DNA of 63,784 nucleotides, filler included, from Octopus bimaculoides (GCF_001194135.2; 4 parts of 4 records of this genome joined end to end with filler, not necessarily neighbours in it), one strand, 5' to 3'. Numbered from the whole stretch's first letter, positions 25,690-39,321 are shown. Notes: generated by a model from the letters alone, not told the origin. Numbers and translations are program-made.

Positions 25690-26690
25690 TAGTGAAGGTC
25701 CCAACTGATGGTATTATCGTAAATTCATAATCTATCCTGTACTAACTCCGAGAAGAGCACTTTCAGATGAAGAATTTCTGACAGTTGTTCAAAGTTTCTG
25801 AATTTTATGTTCCACAAAACAGGTTCTTCAGTCCATGTCCAAAACCATTCTGAGGACATTCTTTTGGTATGTTAAATGATACCGTTTAGGGTTTGCTGTT
25901 ACATAACAGAGACAAGATGTGGTAAAAGACGTCTAACAAACGCTGATCGACACCCGCTTACCACTCAGGGACCTGTGTATATTCTAACCTCAATGTGTGC
26001 CTACGTATCATCAGCTAAGCTACAGTGAATATTTTGCACACGGTAAATAGCGCAAAATGCACATTGGGACTTTCAGAATGCGTCCCTTCCACAAAGAGAT
26101 ATAATATAAGAGATAAAATAGATTAGCATGTTTGCCCAAGTTTTTAATGAGCTTCCTCTTATTCTATCATTGTTATTGAGACTAGCCCTGTCGATTGTCA
26201 TCCAAGTTTCGAAATCTCTATCGACCTTATACTCTGAAATGAAACGGATACGATCCATTGTAATATGACGGTTCATTCGTTGACCCACAACATTGTACAG
26301 AGTCGACATACTTTAAAATGTGGTGAGTTATTTTCCTGCTGACGTTAAATGCCGTGTGGCTTTGTTGTGAAATAATTTTGATTTGATCCCTTCTATTCCC
26401 TTGCTGGTGCTACCTTGATAATAACGCAGTCTATACATGCCTGCAACTCTTTTGTACTCCTTCTTTGACGTAGGATATCTCTCGGAACAAGTTTCTTCTA
26501 CTTCTATGATTCAATTTTTACAATTTTTACAATGGTGCTGGGAGTGGATAACTTAGTCGATAGAAATGTGAGATTTGAAATGCTTGATTGCGCCGATACG
26601 TGGTAATTTAGCTTCAACATGTTGAAAACCAGAAAGCGCGCTGCACAAAGGCGTGTCGCACGAACGGCTTTCTCCTTTTTTTTTTTGTCT
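25690..26690 (+). pseudogene. Possible highly decayed piggyBac-like transposase fossil
   Basis: Stop-riddled translation gives colinear, weak matches to piggyBac motifs: QSMSKTIL (TMSRNRF), RLPLRDL (KLAPIRD), CVPSTKRYNIR (YIPSKPAKYGIK), ATLII..VLLL and GVDNL..FNML. Judged by eye only. Confidence 0.35.
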
Positions 26691-29600
26691 TCACCCCTGT
26701 CCAGTAACCCCAGCATATATTCTAGTCACAACACAATATAATGATAATAATGGTTAAAAATTGGAATTGTAATGGCAGCTTTGATACTGATCATGAGTAA
26801 TGTTGATATTCCCTATAAGAATACTCCCAACTATTGTCACATTGATGTGCATCTGAAATAAATAGATCTTGTTATATAAGCATACTTATTTCTTTTATGT
26901 CCGCAGGAAAGTACCTTTATTTGAAATTATCAGATGTTTTACAATCCAGGCATAAAAAACACTTTTAGTATCATGCACACTAGCTCAGCTTTGTCAAGGT
27001 AATCGGCTTAAACAATACACTATCGCCTCTTTTACACAACTGTCAAGATTTCTTTCTGACCTATGCTCACTGCTTAGAAGCTGTATTAATTCTATGAATG
27101 CTAAATCTAGTTGTGTGTTTAGTCACGGGAAACGATTCGTCTGCGAAAGACATTAACACTTTCGAATAATCTGATTGACGAATAGGAGATAGGAATAAAT
27201 TCATGTAAGTAATAGTTAAATGTTGGCACTCTTTCGAATAATAGAACTGAACAGTGAGTGAACTCGAGAAGAAACACACAGGGGGAACACATGCTAGCAC
27301 ACAGGCACCCCCCCCACACACACACTAAGACACACACACAGATACACACGCAAACACCTGCAGAGACAGACAGACACATGCAGAGGATACAGGCACACAA
27401 GCACACGCAAAACAAATCATTGTTATATTTACTTTTCATTAATTTAAACAGCACGTATTGATTTTTGTATATTAGTTTGCGAAGTAATATGACACTTAAT
27501 GCACACATTTACAAAGCATCGTATGAGATTATAACGAGCAAATGCACAAACTAACAGAAAACAAGCAGAGTAGAAGACCGTATTATATCTAATTTATATT
27601 TTGCACACTCGAGCAGAATAACGTATCCAAAAACAAAAACAAAAATAAGACACAAAACAAACGAAAGCAACACGCTAAAGAAAAACAGACAGAAATCCAA
27701 ACCTGCCGTAGAGTTTAGAATTATATACGAGAAGAATTAAATATATATTGTCGACAGAAAATTACCGGTATTTTCTATGTCTGTTGCAGCAATTTTCATG
27801 ATGCTGCATTTGATTATAGTGTTGTCAGCACCGGTTCATAAAGCGTTAGTTTTGCAGAGTAAGTAGAGAATATTTTCAAGAAAATTTCAGCAAAAAAAGA
27901 AAGAGAATAAGAACTCGTAATTTTGATTTGGAATATAACCTATAACGTCTAGCTACATAAGAACAGTTATTATTTGGATTAAATTCAGTGTAGTCAAACT
28001 TCAGAATTAAATATAGAAAAAATATGCGCTCGTATGAAATATTCTACTTGAAATGTTATGTCGGTTAAATACATCTTAAATCTGTGTAAATATTTCATAT
28101 TTCAGTTATTGCTCTGGATAATATTTCGCTCAGCTTTTCTACTTTTTATTTTTGTTTCAGTTTAGCCAACCATATCTCCCTTAGAAAATATATCAGTCAG
28201 GAAGTTATTTCATCGATATCTATATCTCGAACCAGTAAATAAGATCTGTGGTTGAAACGTATAGAGAACGACGCAGGTGAAGAGAAACATGCATACACAC
28301 ACATGTACATGCACGTACATATACACATACATACATGCATGCATGCATAAACACACGTATACATACATATCTATGTAGTCGTATTATGTATAATAATGAA
28401 ATCGATCAAATAGTGGTTGTTTTGAAGTCCTTTAATATGTACGTTTCAGATTTACGTCATATATAAAAGGATATGTATCCATTACATAAAACTTCTTCAG
28501 TTAAAGCGCTTCAGAATATATTTAAAAAAATTGTGGAAATATTTTAATACGTGTGGTTAGCGCAGTAAGTCGGTTACTAAGTTACGCATATCACAGTCTG
28601 CTACACTTGATCAATTTTTTCTTCGATTTTCCATGCAAAAAAAAAACAACAAAATTTTCTTTCACTACTATTCATTCGTACAACTTTTCTTCTTCGACCC
28701 ACCATCTCACTTTACACATCCTTTTCTTCCTTCCAAAATTTTATCTCTGCTCTACCTCTACCTCTCTTTCTTCTCTCTCCATCACTCTCTTCTTTCACTT
28801 CTCCTCTGTATACATATCTATCCTCCAAACTTAGTAGCCGACGTACTTCACTGTAATCTATAGACATAGATAAAAATTTATACATACATGCGTATGTCTA
28901 CTAAGCTCTCCCAATAAATAGATCACGTCGTCACACTATAACCCACTTCTTGACGTAAACACTTAATATCAATAAGGAGATACAATATCTTATGGAATAA
29001 CAATGAAATTCAAGGATTATAAAAGTAGGTCTCCCTCATCCCCACCCCCACTAGATTGGCCTAAACAACACACATATTCCAAACTAATATCAGAGAAGTA
29101 ATTCTTGATAGAACCATTTTCACTATTGTAAATAGCATACACTTAACTCTGCGAGGTAATACAAAGTTATCAAAAAGTGGTAAATATATAAAAAAAAAAA
29201 TTTAATGAGGCGCGCGGTAGACAAATATACATTTTGAGAGTTTCACGTTAAAACTAAGTATCTTTCAAAAAATTATTAGTCTGTAATAAGCGGAATGATA
29301 TTTGACGTCAGAAGCCGATCACAAACTGTCCGAACGAATGCTTTGACAGCAATATGGGTGTACTATTTCTCTTGAGAGAAAGGATGTGTTTGGCTTCTCC
29401 TAAATTTACAATTTACGTACACAATGTACGTTTTAACGTTCACGAAATTACGTACAGAAATTAGAAATAGAAGCTAATGGCATTTCAACTGCAATAAATA
29501 TCTCCGAGACAATAGCACACTTTTTATGTTGGCAAAAACGAAATATTATGAATCCACACGACATCGATTAATTACATATTTTGTATAATTCACCTACAAA

Positions 29601-31165
29601 GGTTATTTTAGCGTACTGACTACTTGGTAAAATTATCAATTGCTAATCAATTAATTAATTGATTAATTAGTTAATTAATCTTACCCTACATTATATAATT
29701 ATATATATATATATATATGTATCAGGAGCCTTGTCGTTCGCTTGAAGCATTGTAGTGCCGAAGAAGAACGAGAAAAGGGAAAAAATAAAGCTTCTAAAAA
29801 TGCATAGAATTTTAGAAAAGTCTTTATTTTACAGGCAAAAAGGCTCATCTTCAAGAAAAAACAGTAAAGATGCATGATTCTGAGGACTGGCATGTGCTCC
29901 TGGAATATAACGGTTTTTGTAAAACTTTCTGCACTTGTTAGAAGGTTTATTATTTTCCATTTTATTATAATTAAGAACGAAGATGGGCTGAGCTTAACTA
30001 TAGCTGTTTGAGACATGTATTTTTTTTTTACTGATGAACAAATCAATGACATCATGAAACAATTGTTTTCTTCGTGGTATAATTCACTTGCTCATGAATA
30101 AAAAAACGCATCTGAAGCATATGTAGCGCGCTCTTATTTATTTTACACAAGATATCAAAGCTCCCTTACGTTGGATTTGGATCCTGCAGTGGTACATGAA
30201 ACAGCCAGATGGAGTGCATCTGTATACGATTTTACATATACATATATACTTATATTTATGAGTATACTGATCCGATCATGTGCATGTGTGTGTAAGTGGT
30301 CAGAAAACCGTATACACACTAACATATATATATATATATATATATAAGTCAGTAAATAGTGGGGTTGTGTTAACCGCACGTGGAGAAATAATAGGAAAAT
30401 GAAAAAAAAGCCAGAACGCTGAACTGGGAGCATAATTTAATAAAGATTTTTTCTAACCGGTTTTCATTGCGATGAAGCAAATTATCAAGAAGAAGGAGAA
30501 TGAAAATGTTTTCTTTTATAAAGAAGTACAAAAAAGTACAAAATGAAGAAAATAATATATAAAACAATAATATATAAAAAAAAAATAAATATACCCATAC
30601 ATTATNNNNNNNNNNNNNNNNNNNNNNNNNNNNNNNNNNNNNNNNNNNNTTAATTAATTAANNNNNNNNNNNNNNNNNNNNNNNNNNNNNNNNNNNNNNN
30701 NNNNNATATATATATATATGTATGTATGTATGTATATATAACTAGGCTACGCTCATTCGGTATTATATACGGTATTATGCACGTATATGTAAAAAGTAAT
30801 TAATTTAGGATTATCATAGCAAGAGACCACAAAAAACTAAGGCTGATGGCTAAAGATGTCCGACCTAGTTCCATATTGATAAAACTGACTAGTTTCCTTG
30901 ACCTCTTTCTTGTTTCTTTTCTCTCTCCTCTTTTTCTATTTCCTTTTCTTCTCTCTCCACATCCTTATTTGCTTTGGTACTTGATATGCAGCACTCCGAA
31001 GGTGATAGTGATTTTAAAGGTCGTTTACTATTTCCAATCAATCGATAAATAGACCGATTGAGCAAACTGAACCATATGCGCACACCAAAATGCATACCGA
31101 AAACAGCTGTGAATCTACAATGCACAAATAAATAAATATACATTGACCATTATTTATGCCACTTG

Positions 31166-31202
<37 letters not shown>

Positions 31203-31366
31203 TTTCTTTTTTCTATCTGTTTCAGNNNNNNNNNNNNNNNNNNNNNNNNNNNNNNNNNNNNNNNNNNNNNNNNNNNNNNNNNNNNNNNNNNNNNNNNNNN
31301 NNNNNNNNNNNNNNNNNNNNNNNNNNNNNNNNNNNNNNNNNNNNNNNNNNNNNNNNNNNNNNNNNN

Positions 31367-31408
<42 letters not shown>

Positions 31409-31607
31409 CTGTGAGTGCAATTACTGACCTGAGCCACATGTTGTGCTCTTGAGCAAGACGCTACACGCTAATGCCTAGTTTATTAATCTTTAAAGAATAC
31501 CAGCTGGTTGCTAGTGCCATCCTCTTACCTTTTAAAAGTCACATCTTAAGTATTCGACTTGCTCAAGGGTAAGGGGCCAAAGGGGTACCCATATCTTCTT
31601 GAAACTA

Positions 31608-32166
31608 CAGGGTGTCCCAAAAGTCACTGATGAGTTTCAGTTTTTAATAACTTCCTTAACTTTACAAATAAATTCATGAAATTTTGATACAATATAGAGG
31701 ACATATTCTCTCTACAAAGCACTGCCGTAGCAACTGCATTGTTTCTTTGGCGGTATAAGCAGTTGCCCCATCTTGCTGAAGCCATATGTGAGGTCTACTT
31801 TGAATGGCCAGGCGCAAAAACTTTTCAATCATGAATACCTGAAAGAAAGGGTTTACGTGAACAAACCGGAGATCCTGGTGCAACTGAAGGGGAACATCAA
31901 TAGAGAAAGCAGAGAAGTGGGGTCTGAAACTCTTGAGAGTGTTATGGTGCAAGTTTTGGAAAGAGCATGGGTGGGCAAAGCAAAAAATGGCTGCTATTTA
32001 AGCGATGTTATTTATCATATGTGATGTAGTGGTGTTGTAAAATTTGACTTGTGCATATTAATTTCCATTATGTCCTTTATATTGTATCAAAATTTCATGC
32101 ATTTATTTGTGAAGTTAAAGAAGTTATTAAAAATTGAAACCCAACTGTGAATTTTGGGACCCCCTG
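31608..32166. mobile_element. Tc1/mariner non-autonomous element with ~100-bp TIRs, TA TSD and oppositely oriented transposase remnants
   Basis: TA|CAGGGTGTCCCAAAA...TTTTGGGACCCCCCTG|TA with long imperfect inverted repeats. The minus strand reads MIEKFL..WLQQDGATAYTAKETM (31706-31838). The plus strand reads EYLKERVYVNKP..DVIYHM* (31833-32024). Confidence 0.85.
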
Positions 32167-32775
32167 TAGATAGGCGCCTAAAATAATTAGCAAAAGCATG
32201 CTACATTCGGCCAAGATATACTCGATTGCGATTGACGGATGGCTGTACCATATTTCATAACCATTCTTGTCGCTTCACAAAACATCATTCTATAACAAAT
32301 TAGTTTTGAACGTTTATTAGTGTCCTCATCCTCCACTGGTGATTGAAGATGTGCAATATGAAACTTCGAGAGTATAGAGAGTACAATTTTACACGAAGGT
32401 TCATATTGATTTCTGTGCACGTCTTTGTTTTTCAGTATATTCAGAAACATATTTTAATTAGCGCTGTTGTGATATCAGTAACAATATGATATAGTATTAT
32501 ACGCAAGTATGCATTTATGTGGATGTGTGCGTGTGTTAGTGGGAGAGGGGAGCGCGCGCTTGTTCGTTCGTGCGCATATAATCGTGTGTGCACGTATACG
32601 AAAAGACAAATTCATAAATACATAAATACTTACATGCACTCACACAAACTACAGACACGTACGCGCGCGCGCACATCGAATGATTTGTGTGTGTGAAAAT
32701 CAATTGTTATGTATGTTTGTCTTATGCTTGGGTTATACCTCTTTTTACTGTTTACAAACATATACGCATATATTA

Positions 32776-32965
32776 GGGAGAATATACAAAAAATAACAAC
32801 AGACGAGGACAGGTGGTGTAAATAACAAAAGTATATATTAGTATGACGCTCGGGAATACGGAAAGTCTTTGACGTTTCGAGCTACGCTCTTCAACAGAAA
32901 GAATACGGAGACAAGGAGAAAAACACGGAGAAAAAAAATTGAATAGTGTTCAGTCAACGGTCAAT
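32776..32965 (-). mobile_element. ~190-bp hammerhead-bearing repeat, copy 2 (inverted)
   Basis: Reverse complement of 16412-16606 with only a few differences. Flanked by the direct repeat ATATACGCATATATTA(GG). Confidence 0.75.
32866..32902 (-). ncRNA. Minimal type-I hammerhead ribozyme motif, identical to 16475-16511
   Basis: The reverse complement reads TCTTTCTGTTGAAGAGCGTAGCTCGAAACGTCAAAGA. Confidence 0.65.
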
Positions 32966-33002
32966 CATAATAATGTAATATTTAACCTAATATACGCATA
33001 TA

Positions 33003-33545
33003 TTAGGTTGTTAAGAAAGTTCTTGCGGAATTTTTAATTTTGGTTTTAAATGATGTATTTTAAAATTAATTTTCGTTAAATTACTTTGACTTTATATATC
33101 ATTTTAAAGCCCGTCTTTCGCTCTATCTAATCGTGTTACTCTCTCTCNNNNNNNNNNAATAATTAGGCCATTTTTTCCGGAACGTTGAATACAACATGGA
33201 CAAAAAAGCAAATTCGCACAATTTTCTTATTCCAGTTCAAGCTAGGCCGAAAAGCTGCCGAAACAGCTCGTGATATCAACGATGCGTTTGGCCCAGAATC
33301 CGCTAATGAACGTACAGCACAATGGTAGTTCAAGAAATTTCGTAGCGGTGACGAGAGTCTTGAAAATGATAAGAGTAGTGGTCGGCCATCGGATGTTGAC
33401 AACGATCAACTATGAGCCTTAGTCGAAGCCTATCCACGCACAACTGTTCGAGAGCTTGCTTCTGAATTAGACGTAATGTATACGACAATTTCCAGCCACG
33501 TGAAAGAGATTGGAAAACAAAAATACTAGATAAAAGTCCCAAATT
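33003..33545 (+). mobile_element. Mariner element, 5' part: left TIR plus decayed N-terminal HTH of the transposase
   Basis: TA|TTAGGTTGTTAAGAAAGTTCTTGCGG is TIR-like. Translation from ~33196 reads MDKKQIRTIFLFQFKLGRKAAETARDINDAFG..FKKFRSGDESLE..SGRPSDVDNDQL..RTTVRELA, with stops. Confidence 0.88.
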
Positions 33546-33886
33546 ATTGGCACAGCGGTAATTTCTGGTTGACAACACGCAATGGCGTCGATAGACCGTT
33601 AAGATTTAAGGATCCGGTGAATATGATTGAAGTGACTACATACGGAATGGTAAAACACTATACAAGAAAGAAAGTAGTACTCAGTGTTGAGCTATCTACT
33701 GGCTCTGATCTGTGAACGGATCGTTAATTCATGGAAAGAAATTGAAAATGATATTACCAAATCATTAAATTAAATCCATCGGTTGGTACAGAAGATGAAT
33801 ATCTGTGGAGACTATTATGATGAGGAAGGAGCAGCAGATGATGTGTAACCTAATAATTACGGAGAGGTATTATGAAGAGGAGTCAT

Positions 33887-34097
33887 AAGGCGGCGAGCTG
33901 ACAAGTTCGTTAGCACGCCGGACAAAATGCTTAGCAGTATTTCGTTCTTTAAGTTCTGAGTTCAAATTCTGCCGAGGTCAACTTTGCTTTTCGTCCTTTC
34001 GGGGTCGATAAAATAAATACCAGTTGAACACCGGGGTCGATATAACCAGCTTACACCTCTCTCGAAATTGCTGGCCTTGTGCTAAAATTTGAATCCA
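33887..34097 (+). mobile_element. SINE family B, full-length, with an 18-bp TSD
   Basis: B-box GAGTTCAAATTC. Flanks are TTATGAAGAGGAGTCATA (33870-33887) and TTATGATGAGAAGTCATA (34098-34115). Confidence 0.88.
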
Positions 34098-35575
34098 TTA
34101 TGATGAGAAGTCATACAGTGCTATCATTGTTTATTCAGTACGAAAGCCATTAAACAACGTGGTTTTGCGGCAAACCGCATATGGTTGTAATATTTAACAT
34201 TTTACCATGTAATTTCAATTTAACGCCGTTTCAAATTTCCATATCAGTTTTGTTTGCATAAATATAGCTTAAGAATTCGTTTTTCCTTCATTGTATTTAA
34301 AATTTTCATTTTAATATTTTATAGTTTTAAATTACATTAATTAACCAATCTGATATTAAGATTCAGCACTGGCATAAAGTCTTGAGATGAGTTGTAACTT
34401 CAACGAAGGTAGTCGGTAATCAATTATGAGGATTATCAGTAAAACAGCAAATGTAACCATTCAAAATAGCTAGAATCGCATTCAACTAGCGGAGTGTATG
34501 TTTTAATGTACAAATCGATGAAATAAAATACCAGTTAAGTACCTGGGTCGAGGTACTCAACTATATCCCTTCCACAATTACAAATTTGAGATCTTATGCT
34601 TATTTTATTTTTAGAAGTCATTAGTACCGGAATAAAATTACTTAGTTTTGCTTTAATCGTTTATGGCATTATTTGAATGGAATTATTCCACTTTTGACAC
34701 GGCATTTTGGATTGTTTCTTTGATTTCAATCCTTGTCAATCCAAGATCCGTGCAAGAGTCGATCTGTGATGGTTAGCCTAAACATTTGGTTTAAAAAATA
34801 ACCAACTTTTACACGGAACACACAAACACACACACACACACACACACAAGCGCACGCGCACACGCACATCCACACAGCTACAACAACAACAACCACAACA
34901 ACACATACACACACACAAACACTCGCATATTTATACAAACGTGTATGTTTGCATGTATTGCCATATATACACATACACACTATATGTTGAAATTTTTTTT
35001 TTCTTCTCTCATTTCTTTCTCTCCGTCTCATCCAGCTGTGTTTATTCCTCTACATTATAATTGCACAAACTTGCTCTTTCACAAAACCCACTTTACGTTC
35101 GAATCGCATCATCTCACTCACCTGCTTCACTGATACTATTACAGTAGTTACTTCTCATTTAATTTTACACTGCTTGTATTTTATCGTTATTGCTTTTTCA
35201 TTTTGTCTGTCACCTATACACCTGCGTCTTCTGCTTTTTCTACCTGTATATTTTATATTGCTTATTGATACCCTTGTTGTAGACGTTCTAATTGTGGTTG
35301 TTGTGTATAATTGGTACACCATTTTTTAGATTGTTATCTATTTGCTGTTTATCGTCACTGTCAAAGCGCTTAGCTGTACAATGTTGCTATGACATACTGA
35401 TGCGTGTAACCAGATTTCTTTTTTGGTTATCTTATTCTTCCTAATTCTTTCACTCTTTCTCTCTCTATGTCTCTCACTCTCTCATATTCTTTCTTTCTCT
35501 TTCTTTCTCATACTCTCCCCTCTCTCCTACACACACACAACTCTCCCTCTTTTTCTCGCTCCAGAATTCCTCTGA

Positions 35576-35585
35576 CACTACCTAC

Positions 35586-35631
<46 letters not shown>

Positions 35632-35716
35632 CTCTATCTATCTATCTATCTATCTGTCTGTCTTTCTATCTATCTATCTATCTATCTATCTATTTATCTA
35701 TCTGTCTTTCTATTTG

Positions 35717-35781
<65 letters not shown>

Positions 35782-35812
35782 ATATCTATCTGTCTTTGTA
35801 ACCATCTATCTA
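35576..35812. repeat. (TATC)n microsatellite
   Basis: Directly visible. Confidence 0.95.
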
Positions 35813-35942
35813 TCTTTGTATCTCGTATAAAATATGATGCCAGTCAGCGAATTCATCTAGGAAGTACTCAAACTACGAGGGCACATATATGTAGTCGCTC
35901 GTCATACTAGAAATAGTAATAACGTCTCCCTTGAAACGCATC

Positions 35943-36192
35943 CAGTGTTTCTCAATCGGGGTCCACATGACCCTTGGGAGTCTACATATGACTTTGTCAT
36001 TAAAATTTATGTGCAACAAATTGCTCATACTTCTAAAATACACAAAATTTTTTTCACAATAATACAATTCCTAATAATATTGAATTATAAAACTATACTA
36101 GGATTTTTTAAACATTAAATACTTTTGAGAGTTCGTCCGAGTGAAACAGGAATCAAAGGGGTTCATAGGAAAAGAATGGTCGCGAACCTCAG
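35943..36192. mobile_element. Possible hAT (Charlie-like) MITE
   Basis: Starts CAGTGTTTCTCAA and ends with the degenerate complement GGTCGCGAACCTCAG. No clear 8-bp TSD. Confidence 0.35.
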
Positions 36193-36609
36193 TGTTACAC
36201 CTTAATATTTTTTAAAATCCCACCTCAGTTAATGATGTTCCAGATAGTTCCTTAAAGAGACTGGATTTTTCACTGCTGGAACGCGGTTCATCATCGATCA
36301 CCAGGTACAAAAGAAAGAAGAAAATGACTATTGAGTGCGGATAAAAGCAACACGTTCAAACTGAAGTGCATGGATGAACAATTTGCATTGGAGGCAAATA
36401 CAAAACAAAGGAAGCCTTTACGTGGTAACTCGATCTCTTAGATATAGCAAACAAATCTCCCTCATATCATACTCTAAAAATTAAAGCTAAAAATTAAAAG
36501 GATGTGTTAGAGATACATTGACCATACATAGAGATAGAACGATCAAGGCTAGACTATCTTTGATCATATACCTGCTCATTCTGAGCTTACCAGGAACTAA
36601 TAAGAAAAG

Positions 36610-36862
36610 TTAAAAAGTAAAGTTACCTTCTCAGTCATACCGACATATAAGGGCAGGTTTCCCGATTTCATAGCGTATATGTTCTCCACCTGGACGGGAC
36701 GCCAGTCCATCGCAGGATTACTCAATTTTGCCAGGTGAGTGGACTGGAGTAACGTGAAATGAAGTGTTTTGCTCAAGAACACAACTCGTCGCCCGGTCCA
36801 GGAATCGAAACCAATCTTACGATCATGATTCTAGCACCCCAACTAGTAAGCCACGCGCCTCC
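36610..36862 (-). mobile_element. tRNA-derived SINE family C
   Basis: The reverse strand begins GGAGGCGCGTGGCTTACTAG and has a B-box-like GGTTTCGATTCC. Homologous to 2120-2265. Confidence 0.75.
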
Positions 36863-37722
36863 ATGTTTGTAAAAAAGAAAAAAGGGGAGCGAAGACATGA
36901 AACGCCCGTTTTTGATCATTTCTGAATGGTTAGATCAGACCATGGGTTAAACAAGAACATTAACAATTACTACTTGTCATAGTTCATACTATTCTTCTCC
37001 ATTTACTGAAGGAGTGGTTTGGAATATCTAGACCCATAATTTCTGCTGCTGCTGCTGTTGTTATTGTTGTTGTTTAACCTCTGGTCAACCCGATTGCTCA
37101 GATAAATAAAATCATTTCCGCCATGACCATTTCTTTGTACTCTTTTGATGATCTACAACTATATATTCTGATTAATGTAAGTCTTTGCCATTTTTAAGAC
37201 GGTAGAAGTGATCTGAAGGAGATTTGATTATTTCTAGCTGGTCGACATTTCTAGCTGATCGAACGTCCAATTAGAGACTAACAACACACTGGTTCAGTGG
37301 ATTTGAGTTTTGTACATAGAGGTTCGATCTAAGTGTAATCCTTAGCTATATATTATACAGAAATATTTCAAAGCACAGAAGACAGATTATAGGCTTCTCT
37401 GAGAAGAATGCGCCGCTTCTGTATTTTTTCTTTCCTTTCTTTTTATTTTGCTTTTTGGCAGAGAAAACTGTCAAATATTCCTAGGTTTTTCTTCGGTTCC
37501 TCGGGCCCTAGATCAGTGTTAGGCAGTCAGACTTGATGTGGGGTTAGATTACGGCATTGGCAAATAATAACAACAACAATTACCGATTCACTGACTAATC
37601 AACGAAAGAAATTCTATCTGGTGGCTAATCGCTCATCCTGTTAGAAATAACACCCAATTTACCCTCGTACATCTTATCTTAAAAAAACGAGAAGAGCATA
37701 TTGGATAATTCTTTTTTCATTC

Positions 37723-38203
37723 ATTCCTTTATTCGTTTACTTGTTTCACTCATTTGATTGTGGCCATGCTGGAGCACTGCCTTAAAGGATTTTAGTCGAA
37801 TAAATCACTCCAAGGACTTATTCTTTGTAAGCCTAGTACTTCTTTATCGGTCGCTTTTGCCGAGACGCTAATGACGGGGACCTAAACACACCAACATCGG
37901 TTGTTAAGCAACGGTAGGGGAACAAACACACAGAGAAATACACACACACACACTTATATATATATAGAGAGATATAGATATAGATACATATATACATATG
38001 TAGATACACATATATACATATATACATACATACATACATATATATATATACGGCGAGCTTCTTTCAGTTTCCATCTACCAAATCCACTCACAAGGCTTTG
38101 GTCAGCCCCAAGGTATAGAAGAAGATACTTGCCCAAGATGCCACGCAATGGGATTGAACCCGGAACCATGTGTTTGGGAAGCAAGCTTCTTACCACACAG
38201 CCA
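37723..38203 (-). mobile_element. SINE family A, near full-length, with expanded central microsatellite
   Basis: Colinear with 17383-17772. Confidence 0.88.
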
Positions 38204-38664
38204 CAAAGATGTAGATATAATAACTTCTTACTGAGAAAATAAAATGAGATGGTCGTGCCTGGAAGGCTTTTGCTCTTAGGTCTAGTCAATGACAGCTGAT
38301 CTGGAGTTTGACTGGAGCAACAAGAGACCATCCAATTAACTCACCAACTAGCCTACAAGCCAACCAGCCTACCCACCAACCAGCCAGCCAGCCTACCACC
38401 CAATCAGCTGAGACTATCATATCGAACGACATTATGCATTATAGCATAGTTTATCAGCTAGTTTTGTCTGACTCCTTTGTGCGACAAAAACATATTGGAC
38501 GACAGGCAAAATGTGAGACTGTTGCGTTTAGCAGACGGAAAGTTAAAGCAAGCGGCCATGTTAGCTTGTTGCTAGCTTGCAATATGGCGTCAGAGGAAGA
38601 CGACGACATATAACATAACAGACGCACGCACGCACACTCACACACACACACAAACAAACAAACG

Positions 38665-38696
<32 letters not shown>

Positions 38697-38771
38697 CACG
38701 CGCATACACATGCACACACATACAGGATTATCTATCTTATATGTGTATGTGTGTACTTATATGTGTGTACT

Positions 38772-38808
<37 letters not shown>

Positions 38809-38869
38809 ACACACGTACATAGCTGTATATTCGTGCGTGTGTGTATATGTAAGTCTAAATGTGAGTGTG

Positions 38870-38882
38870 GATATTTAGATAA

Positions 38883-38931
<49 letters not shown>

Positions 38932-39284
38932 GAGCGAGAGAGAGATAGAGAGAGGGAGAAAGAGAAAGGAGGAGATGACTGAGACAGAGAAAGCCGAAGC
39001 TATCAAAGCTATCACCACCACCACCACTGTCACCACTACCACAGCGATGATGACAACGTCTATGTAAAATGAACTGAACAAAGCCTGACTTCACTTGAGA
39101 GAGAGAGAGAGAGACAGAGAGAGAGAGACAGAGAGAGAGAGACAGAGAGAGAGAGACAGAGAGAGAGAGACAGAGAGAGAGAGACAGAGAGACAGAGAGT
39201 GAGAGAGAATGAGAGAGGAAGAGAAGGCCTGCGGGATACAGATGCGAGAGATAAAGTAGAGAAACACAGAGATAAAGAGAGAGT

Positions 39285-39321
<37 letters not shown>

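Noticed and set aside
26907-26998. 92-nt segment with strong acceptor and donor
   Set aside because: There are stops in all three frames, and nothing supports a non-coding exon.
27110-27160. Minus-strand CAGACGA..GACTAAAC resembling a decayed hammerhead
   Set aside because: GAAA is absent and the helices are not convincing.
29835-29941. Candidate exon KKAHLQEKTVKMHDSEDWHVLLEYNGFCKTFCTC* after a good acceptor
   Set aside because: It is short, has no consensus donor, no recognisable homology and no linked exon.
30030-30072. CTGATGA...GAAACAATTGTT hammerhead-like string
   Set aside because: The core and a palindromic helix III are present, but helix II and helix I cannot pair. It is likely chance.
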